Positions 54,137 to 61,263 of a stretch of DNA of 64,000 nt are shown one piece after another. The notes beneath the pieces were generated by a model. It was not told the DNA's origin and did no database searches. It saw only the letters and a program-made list of their open reading frames with translations. This DNA comes from an uncultured Phycisphaeraceae bacterium (GTDB lineage: Bacteria > Planctomycetota > Phycisphaerae > UBA1845): positions 164,170 to 228,169 of the forward strand of contig CAZBRD010000004.1 of NCBI GenBank assembly GCA_964494205.1, given 5' to 3'. Positions within the stretch are counted from its first letter, which is position 1. Every line of letters starts with the position of its first letter. The translations under genes and the position numbers were made by a program.

Positions 54137-56254
54137 TTATTCGGACGCAACTGATGAAGCAGACCGAAGTTGCTTGCGACGACCGGTAAGGTAGACCCAA
54201 AGCACCGTGATGTCCGCCGGACTGATGCCGCTGATTCGCCGAGCTTGGCCAAGCGTCCGAGGAGCCACTCGGGCAAATTTCTCGCGAGCTTCGCGACGCA
54301 GTTCGGACATGATCGAATAATCAACCCAATCAGGGATCGCCATCGATTCCAGTTTCCGGAACCGCTCGACCTGCTTCGACTGGCGATCCACATATCCGCT
54401 GTACTTCGCGTCGAGCATCAAGAGTCGCAAATCGTCAGCCGTGAAAACGATGTCAGTGTAGCCACGAAGCGAAGTTTCGATTTCAGCAGGATCAACGTCA
54501 GGCCGGCGCAGCCAGTTAGCCATCGGAACCCCGTTATGCCGGGCTTTGGCTGAAGCGTCCTTCAACGATTCGAGCCGATTCCTTTTCGACTCAAACCGCG
54601 ACCAGCGATCGTCAGTCACAGTCCCGATTCGCCGCCCCAGTGGGGTCAGCCGCTGATCCGCATTGTCCGACCGGAGCAACAGGCGGTACTCCGCCCGCGA
54701 GGTAAACATCCGATACGGCTCGGTCGGCGGATGCGTAATCAAATCGTCGATCATCACCCCGATGTACGACTCGTCGCGACCCAGCACCACCGGCTCTTCG
54801 TTCTGCAACCGACGAACCGCGTTGATACCCGCGATGATCCCCTGCCCCGCAGCCTCTTCATACCCGCTCGTGCCGTTGATCTGTCCCGCGAGAAACAGAC
54901 CGCCTACCAGCTTCGTTTCAAGCGAGCCGGTCGTCTGATGAGTCGGCACGAAGTCGTATTCGACCGCGTAGCCATGCTGAATGATCCGCGCATTTTCCAA
55001 CCCCGGAATCTGCCGAATGAATGAATCCTGCACTTCCGCCGGAATCGACGTGCTGATGCCGTTGCAATAGACGCGCTCGTTATCGTACCCCTCGGGTTCT
55101 AGAAAAACCTGATGCCGCGTCTTGTCGGCAAAACGCACAACCTTGTCCTCGATGCTCGGACAATAGCGTGGCCCGGTCGATTGAATCTGGCCCGAATACA
55201 TCGGCGCACGATGCAGATTCGCGCGGATCAGATCATGCACATCCTGATTCGTCCACGTCACCCAGCAATCGATCTGCCTCTGCGAAATCCGATCGTTCAT
55301 GAACGAGAACGGGACCGGCTCCGCGTCGCCCGGCTGAACCTCGCACACCGAAAAATCAATCGAATCGCGATGCACACGCGGCGGCGTGCCGGTCTTCAAA
55401 CGACCCAGCCCGAACCCCATTTCCACGAGCGACTTACTGAGCCCGACAGCGCTGGCTTCGCCGATTCGGCCACCTTCCGCCTGACACGTTCCGCAATGCA
55501 TAATCGCGCGAAGGAACGTGCCCGTCGTGATAATCACCGCACCGGCCTGAAAACGCCGACCATCGGTAAGCGTCAAACCCGTAACGCGCTTCCGCACCCC
55601 CGCCACATTACGCGCGCCGTTCTGAAACGTGCTGTCGATCTTGCCATCAGAACCGCGACCGCAAGGGAGCGGCCTTGTTTCCGCACGAGCACCATCCTCG
55701 ACGGCGTACTCAATCTGCTGTGCCGAGAATCCCTTCCCGGCACCATCAGAACCGCGACCGCTAGGGAGCGGCCTTGCTTCCGCAGTGGCACCATGTTGCT
55801 GTGTCGAGAATCCTTTCTCGGCACTCTCGGCGTATTCAATCCTCTCAACCGCCCCCTCAATAACCTCAAGATTGCGACTCTGCGAAATGAGTTCCTGCAC
55901 GGCCTTTGGATAAAGATCGCGATCAGCCTGCGCCCGCGGTGCCCACACAGCCGGTCCCTTACTGCGATTCAACATGCGAAACTGAATGCCCGCGATGTCC
56001 GTCGCGAGACCCATCACGCCGCCGAGCGCATCCACCTCGCGTACCATCTGACCCTTGCCGATGCCGCCAATAGCCGGGTTGCAAGACATCCGACCAATAG
56101 CCGCGTGCTGCATGGTCACGAGCGCAGTAGAAGCCCCCATCCGCGCCGCCGCCCACGCAGCCTCCACGCCCGCATGCCCGCCGCCAATCACGATGACATC
56201 GTAAGACTTCAACAAACGGCTCCGAACGAATTCATGCTCCACATTGGAATTCAT
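54137..56254 (-). CDS. mnmG: tRNA uridine 5-carboxymethylaminomethyl modification enzyme MnmG (GidA) carrying a ~75-aa repeat-derived insertion
   Basis: YDVIVIGGGHAGVEAAWAAARMG, SCNPAIGG.GKG, GRLKTGTPPR, GPRYCPSIEDK, LEPEG, GQINGTSGYEEAA and QLTPADI-like ISPADI motifs. Its 705 aa compare with ~630 aa for typical MnmG. Confidence 0.95.
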   Translation of the reverse strand: MNSNVEHEFVRSRLLKSYDVIVIGGGHAGVEAAWAAARMGASTALVTMQHAAIGRMSCNPAIGGIGKGQMVREVDALGGVMGLATDIAGIQFRMLNRSKGPAVWAPRAQADRDLYPKAVQELISQSRNLEVIEGAVERIEYAESAEKGFSTQQHGATAEARPLPSGRGSDGAGKGFSAQQIEYAVEDGARAETRPLPCGRGSDGKIDSTFQNGARNVAGVRKRVTGLTLTDGRRFQAGAVIITTGTFLRAIMHCGTCQAEGGRIGEASAVGLSKSLVEMGFGLGRLKTGTPPRVHRDSIDFSVCEVQPGDAEPVPFSFMNDRISQRQIDCWVTWTNQDVHDLIRANLHRAPMYSGQIQSTGPRYCPSIEDKVVRFADKTRHQVFLEPEGYDNERVYCNGISTSIPAEVQDSFIRQIPGLENARIIQHGYAVEYDFVPTHQTTGSLETKLVGGLFLAGQINGTSGYEEAAGQGIIAGINAVRRLQNEEPVVLGRDESYIGVMIDDLITHPPTEPYRMFTSRAEYRLLLRSDNADQRLTPLGRRIGTVTDDRWSRFESKRNRLESLKDASAKARHNGVPMANWLRRPDVDPAEIETSLRGYTDIVFTADDLRLLMLDAKYSGYVDRQSKQVERFRKLESMAIPDWVDYSIMSELRREAREKFARVAPRTLGQARRISGISPADITVLWVYLTGRRKQLRSASSVASE
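55644..55824 (+). repeat. Two tandem copies of the ~100-bp composite repeat element, inserted in frame in mnmG (antisense to the gene)
   Basis: Copy 1 (55644-55743): ccatcagaaccgcgaccgcaagggagcggcc...gtgccgagaatcccttcccggcac. Copy 2 (55744-55824): catcagaaccgcgaccgctagggagcggcc...gtgtcgagaatcctttctcggcac. Same ends as the intergenic copy at 11329-11430. They translate as AEKGFSTQQHGATAEARPLPSGRGSDG / AGKGFSAQQIEYAVEDGARAETRPLPCGRGSDG. Confidence 0.8.
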
Positions 56255-56347
56255 TTGAGCAGAACGTGCCAGTAGCGGTCAAGGAGGTGCTGTAGTTGAT
56301 GCACGAAACGAGCAAGAGTTGGATGGATGCTCCGCACCCACCTTTTC

Positions 56348-58039
56348 TCAAGGCCCCGGCACTGCAAACGCTCGTTGCACAAACGCGAAGTCGGCCAGGT
56401 CGGCGTCGCCATCGGGTTCGATGTCGAAAAGACCGCAGCATGGGGTGGCGAATTCCACATCCGGCGCGGTGCGGCATTGAGTGTAGGCGAAGTAGTCATC
56501 TAGCGCGGTCAATCGATCGCCATTGAAGTCGCCGCGATACTCGCATTCGTCGGGCACGTCGTTTTCGTTGCAATCGAGACTCACGCCGTCAGCGATATCA
56601 TTTTCGTCGGGGATTTCATTCCCATTGCAGTCATACGGGCCGATGCGCAGGTAATACACGTCGTGTTCGCCGTTAAATGTCGCAGCGTATGCGACGTTCG
56701 CTCCAAGATTGTCCGACCACATGTGATAGTAGTCGCCAAGCTTGGGGTTTGTGACTGGTCCGCCGAGCCAACTATCGAACATGGGACTGACCTGAATGTT
56801 GGGTGACCATGTGAGGCCGGCGTCGATCGAATACGAGTAATACAACTCGCACAGGTTTATCTGTTCAGAATGCCGCGTGTCATTCCACACAACATCGATG
56901 CGGCCGTTCGGCGCTACCGACATCATGGTAAACCACTGGTAGTGGCGAGGGTGATCGGGATCATCGTTGACGCGAAAAGGTGCACTCCAAGTTACGCCCC
57001 GGTCCGTGCTCCGGACGAAATAGACATTAGAGGGATCAAGTTGAGGTAAGTCCCTAAGGCATAATGAGAACAATGAGTACACAGTAGGTGAATCATCAGC
57101 GGGATCGTAGGCAATCCATGCTTGCCAATTAAGCCCGCCACCAGTATTTCCTCCTGAGCCGTCATCATAAACGCTCGGGTCGTAAATGGTCGATACGAAG
57201 TCGATTGTCGGAACGACAGATGCATCCCAAGCGTTTGAAGACCGTGCAACCCTGCCGTTATCGCCGACAAAATAAACGGTTCCGTTGGCCCCTACAGTTA
57301 TTGTGCCAGCTAGGCTAACGGTTGGATGAGAAGCGACGGGGGGTGATGTTGTGATTCCGCCATCAGTTGAGCGGCGAAAGGCGCCATAGACCAGGAAATA
57401 GAGAAATCCGTCGCTGACCCCACCTGTTCGATCTACTGTGAACCACGGTTTGTCCCCATACCACGAAACGGTATGGGTCGGCCAAGATATCCCGCCATCT
57501 TGGGAATGGAAAAGATAGAAATTTAGACCGTCGTGTAGGCGTACGCTCAGGTAATAGAAGCGCCCTGAACTGTCAAAGCCAAGAACAGGATCACTCGCCC
57601 CTTGGTTAGGGCCTAGGACTCCCGGAAAAGTCCAAGTCCTTCCGGCGTCATGACTATAGCCCCAGCCCGCCTGTCGGAAATCGGATTGAACGGTGTCAAA
57701 CTGCCGCCACCCGATGGCCATGCGCCTCGGATTCGTCGGATCAATTGCGATCGACGGTTCATTAGCCGCATCACCCGGAATGTTGCAGCCGAACTCATCG
57801 ACGTTGACTTGCACGCTCTTGTACGGCCCCAGCACCACCGGCTCACACCGCACCTGCACACCCGGCGGAATCTCCCCCGATCGCGGCATCCACGGATCGC
57901 TCGGCGCTTCTTCGTGCGCAACCTCGCCCCCAAGCTCAACCGGCCCCGACCACGCGCGGTTTCCGTCCAAGAAACCCACCACAATCAATGCAAGAACCAA
58001 CCACACCCCTGCCGATCGGTTTGAACGGACCCAGCGCAT
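56348..58039 (-). CDS. Secreted BNR/Asp-box repeat protein (sialidase-fold family) with a C-terminal dockerin-like module
   Basis: Asp-boxes SHDAGRTW, SQDGGISW, STDGGIT, STDRGVTW, SIDAGLTW. Signal MRWVRSNRSAGVWLVLALIVVGF from the internal Met; the track ORF 5' extension runs through a repeat. C-terminus: DCNENDVPDECE..GDFNGD...DIEPDGDADLADFAFVQ. Confidence 0.8.
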   Translation of the reverse strand: MRWVRSNRSAGVWLVLALIVVGFLDGNRAWSGPVELGGEVAHEEAPSDPWMPRSGEIPPGVQVRCEPVVLGPYKSVQVNVDEFGCNIPGDAANEPSIAIDPTNPRRMAIGWRQFDTVQSDFRQAGWGYSHDAGRTWTFPGVLGPNQGASDPVLGFDSSGRFYYLSVRLHDGLNFYLFHSQDGGISWPTHTVSWYGDKPWFTVDRTGGVSDGFLYFLVYGAFRRSTDGGITTSPPVASHPTVSLAGTITVGANGTVYFVGDNGRVARSSNAWDASVVPTIDFVSTIYDPSVYDDGSGGNTGGGLNWQAWIAYDPADDSPTVYSLFSLCLRDLPQLDPSNVYFVRSTDRGVTWSAPFRVNDDPDHPRHYQWFTMMSVAPNGRIDVVWNDTRHSEQINLCELYYSYSIDAGLTWSPNIQVSPMFDSWLGGPVTNPKLGDYYHMWSDNLGANVAYAATFNGEHDVYYLRIGPYDCNGNEIPDENDIADGVSLDCNENDVPDECEYRGDFNGDRLTALDDYFAYTQCRTAPDVEFATPCCGLFDIEPDGDADLADFAFVQRAFAVPGP

Positions 58040-58121
58040 ACAGCACCTCCGCCCATTCACCAGCAAGATCGAGACCACAAAGCCCCGCCACAGACCATCC
58101 AAACAATCTTTCTCCCCACCT

Positions 58122-58149
58122 ATGCGCCTTGGCGTCTTTGCGCGAGACC
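58122..58149. repeat. TGCGCCTTGGCGTCTTTGCGCGAGACC repeat copy
   Basis: atgcgccttggcgtctttgcgcgagacc. A near-identical copy at 2261-2289 reads tttgcgccttggcgtctattcgcgagacc. Related ...gccttcgtg... variants occur at 11441-11470 and 18021-18050. Confidence 0.7.
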
Positions 58150-58689
58150 ACGAGTTCAAGATGTAGGGTGCTCTGCAATCACCTGCTTATTTGTCCGCAA
58201 TCCTCACCGATCACCTGTGTTGTTATTGGGTGGCAATGAGTTTCACTTTGCAACATCAAAACCACCATCTCCATCGTTGCGATACGCGCCCCACACCGCC
58301 TCGGAAAATCCCTTTTGCGCGAAAAAAGAATTCTTCTACGAAATTCTTGATTTCCAGCGTCCCAGCCAACGAATTCGCTTGCGCCGCGCAAAACCGCGAA
58401 CAAAAAACCCGATTTTCGGCGTCAAAATCAAGCATACGAAAACGCACGAAGATCCGCGCAGAAAAAAGGTGGGTTCGGAGAACCCACCCTACAACTGCGC
58501 CTTACATGAATTCATTTGCACCAGTGATGTGACACGACCCGTATTTCGGTTTGGGTGGCATGGCCAAGCGCAGCGCCGCCATGTAAGCACGAATCAGACG
58601 GGTGGCACGGTCAAGCCGCAGCTTGGCCGTGGAGAGCTACAATGAACGCTTCCTCTGCAACGGCCCACCATACTGGCTGTTTCAATCGA

Positions 58690-59853
58690 TTAGAACGGTT
58701 CGAAAATCGTTCGATCTCCACCAGCCAGCGGAGCCAGCACAACCTTGCGCTCTGGGTTCACCCAGGCCGCCCGGTCGCCGATGACCGTCGTCTGGCCCGC
58801 GAGCCCATCCGCGCGGAACTCCGCCAGCACGCGAACAGAACCGTTGAGATCATAACGACGAACCTTGTATTTGTTGGCCGCATCAGGATAACGCTCGACA
58901 AATTCTTCGGTGACAAAATGTTCGTCATTCGCGCCTGCGAGAATGCCCACCACAGAATCCGCCCACACGGTCGTCGTGCCATCAACGATGTTGTAAGCCA
59001 TCACGCGATCCGAATCCTCAAAGTTCGGCTCGCTCCACACGACAAAGTTGTCTGTAAGCGCCAATTGAACATCCAGAGACAATCCGACTCGAAGTCCCGG
59101 TGCGACAACGGACGTCTCGTTCGTAATCAAGTTGCGAAGCAGGAGATCGACAGTGCCGCCTTCCGATTCCGCCACGTACGCTAGGCGATCGCCGCGCAAC
59201 TGAAACCGCCAGAACGAACGCGCTTCGAGTTCCGTGGCTGGCTCGAGGCCAGTGAGGTCTTCAATTCGCAGTCGCTGGCTCGCGTCATCCACGTTGATCA
59301 GCACGAACGCGAGACGACCATCGTCCATGGCGAGATCAGATGTCAGCACCTTGGTGGATTCGTCAGCGATTTCATCGTAAATAATTTCAGACTCAAGCGA
59401 ATTGACATCAGCGACCACGATCTTCTGATTCACGTTCTCCAGATTGGAGACGGAAATATATGCAATTCGCTGACCATCCGTTGCGAGGCCAAGGAACGAT
59501 CCGCCGGGAATCAGCGGGCGAATCAGTTCACGCCGACGCGACGCAAATTGGTACAAGTTGCTCGGACCGGCAAATCCAGGAATCACCACGTCAGAGGTTG
59601 CCCCCGGAAAATTGATTCGCGCATCGCCAATATTCGTCGTGTAATACACCCGCGCATTGTCACCGCCGACAAGCACCGGATATGGATTGCTGTTGAACGG
59701 ATCGGTAACCAGATCGTCGAATGTGTTGTCGATGTCGTCGATCAGGTTGTCGATCGGTTGAAACAGGTCCGACGGATCGACCGGCACGTTGAAGTTGCAA
59801 CCGCACACAAACACAAGACCCGCAAACACACCCAGAGAAATGAGTCCACGCAT
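58690..59853 (-). CDS. Hypothetical lipoprotein with repeated strand-rich modules (possibly beta-propeller)
   Basis: The ATG at 59853 is preceded by gggagg. Signal MRGLISLGVFAGLVFVCGC. Recurring DGQRIAYI / DDGRLAFV / GDRLAYV / DNFVVWSE / GDRAAWVN motifs. Confidence 0.7.
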   Translation of the reverse strand: MRGLISLGVFAGLVFVCGCNFNVPVDPSDLFQPIDNLIDDIDNTFDDLVTDPFNSNPYPVLVGGDNARVYYTTNIGDARINFPGATSDVVIPGFAGPSNLYQFASRRRELIRPLIPGGSFLGLATDGQRIAYISVSNLENVNQKIVVADVNSLESEIIYDEIADESTKVLTSDLAMDDGRLAFVLINVDDASQRLRIEDLTGLEPATELEARSFWRFQLRGDRLAYVAESEGGTVDLLLRNLITNETSVVAPGLRVGLSLDVQLALTDNFVVWSEPNFEDSDRVMAYNIVDGTTTVWADSVVGILAGANDEHFVTEEFVERYPDAANKYKVRRYDLNGSVRVLAEFRADGLAGQTTVIGDRAAWVNPERKVVLAPLAGGDRTIFEPF

Positions 59854-59974
59854 GATTTGCCTCCCTCGAAACGACAAGATGAAAACGTCACGTCACCAGC
59901 GCCCACCGGCATTGGGCGCGGAGATTCTACCGCGAATTGATTCTAATTCCGAAAAAGTGTCCGGAAAGGCTGAT

Positions 59975-61030
59975 TCAGCCGCCGACCGGCACGGCCGAGT
60001 TAATACTCACTGAAGAGTCCGGCTGACCGGTTGGTGGAGACTGGGTAGCCCCGGAACGCATCTGCGTCACGATCAGCAACCCCGCCACCACGAGTATCAG
60101 CAACATCACGGCGATCCACGTCGCGCGGATGCCGAAGACTTGCGGTTCGGTTTCGATTTCGGCTGACCGTTGGTAGTCGGGCATGTTCTGGATGGCTTGT
60201 GAAAGTTGGCGCAGTTCCGGGCTGGGCGGCGTGGCTGGTTCGATCGGCTCGTTCAGCGCCGGGTTCATCATGGCTGCGTTGAGAATGGTCGTCCCCAGTT
60301 GCGACGGCAGGACGCGAATCGAATCGCCTCGCGGGGTGATGGTCGGCGGGACTCGCGGAACGGGTTTAACTTCGGGAACGTTGAATAGAGCACTGGCACG
60401 AAGTGCGTCCTCGTCAACCTGATTCTCAATGACCTCTTCAGATTGAATGGGAGCAATAGGTGCTGGTAAAGCAGTCACGGGGTCGCTCTTCTTCGGAACC
60501 GGTTTCGCACGAAGCTTTTCAAAACCAAGAAATGAAAGACACGCACGACAATAAGTCTCAGCCGGTCCGACCTCGTCGTGACATTGCCAGCAACGGCCAA
60601 AGTATCGACACAGGCCCGGCGTCTCAACGGCAAAGCGCCATTGATAGTCAGTAGCAGGGCCCCGAACGATCGACATTTCAGTGAGCAGGCCGCGTTTGAT
60701 CTGTCGGACGATGCGCTCAAGCGTCACACCGGGAAACGGTCGGACATGCTCCAGCACGTACCACGGTCCGGCGTGGGCGCGCATCTTCTCGATCATTTCG
60801 GGGGTGAGGTCCTGGCCGCAGTCGTCGCATTCGATATCGCCGCGACGGACGAGTTGGCCACAGGAGACGCAGGGGATGCCTTCGCCATGCCAATTCTCAC
60901 GACCAAGTGGCGAGAGCGGCCCAAGGCCCCTACGTGCAGCGATTTCCAGTGGGTGATCACCCGGCGGCCAATCGGCGGGGTTGGTCTCAGCCGTGGTTTG
61001 CAATTGTTCAGATTCAATCGGCGTGGTCAC
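59975..61030 (-). CDS. Zinc-ribbon plus GYF_2-like domain membrane protein
   Basis: CVSCGQLV...CDDCG and CWQCHDEV...CRAC ribbons. PWYVLEHVRPFPGVTLERIVRQIKRGLLTEMSIVRGPATDYQWRFAVETPGL resembles the GYF_2 pattern. C-terminal TM ATWIAVMLLILVVAGLLIV. Confidence 0.65.
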   Translation of the reverse strand: MTTPIESEQLQTTAETNPADWPPGDHPLEIAARRGLGPLSPLGRENWHGEGIPCVSCGQLVRRGDIECDDCGQDLTPEMIEKMRAHAGPWYVLEHVRPFPGVTLERIVRQIKRGLLTEMSIVRGPATDYQWRFAVETPGLCRYFGRCWQCHDEVGPAETYCRACLSFLGFEKLRAKPVPKKSDPVTALPAPIAPIQSEEVIENQVDEDALRASALFNVPEVKPVPRVPPTITPRGDSIRVLPSQLGTTILNAAMMNPALNEPIEPATPPSPELRQLSQAIQNMPDYQRSAEIETEPQVFGIRATWIAVMLLILVVAGLLIVTQMRSGATQSPPTGQPDSSVSINSAVPVGG

Positions 61031-61194
61031 TTAGCAAACTCCGCGATTCGACTAATTGTAGCCTTGCATTTCTTCGACAACAAACGGCCCCGAACGCAGC
61101 CGATACTACGTTTGCTAGGGTGCAATCGGACGAATAGACTCCGCGCTGGATGTTCGAGTAGCGGACATGGCGGCACGGAAGTCGCGTAGGGCGG

Positions 61195-61258
61195 GTTACA
61201 CCCGCCGCTGGGACTGAACGCGTAATGGCGGGTGAAACCCGCCCTATGTTGTGTTTGA
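61195..61258. repeat. Two inverted copies of the GGCGGGT-NNA-ACCCGCC REP hairpin
   Basis: tagggcgggttacacccgccgc and atggcgggtgaaacccgccctat. Other copies at 20853-20880 (gcggcgggtggaacccgccctaccgc) and 22710-22732. Confidence 0.75.
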
Positions 61259-61263
61259 GCTAA

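Noticed and set aside
55112-56275. 387-aa + strand ORF. Similar long antisense ORFs occur at 30978-31898, 26583-27242, 42063-42794, 53362-54084, 61276-61791 and 61713-62243.
   Set aside because: Each lies opposite a gene with strong family motifs (mnmG, gltA, SnoaL-like protein, MATE, HTH-REC, leuS). Their products are low-complexity and Arg-rich, so they are shadow ORFs.
54000-56400. Possibility that the window contains oriC, because mnmG (gidA) is classically origin-proximal.
   Set aside because: I found no cluster of DnaA-box-like TTATCCACA motifs and no dnaA/dnaN/parAB neighbours. The AT-rich stretch at 16.6 kb also lacks such boxes.
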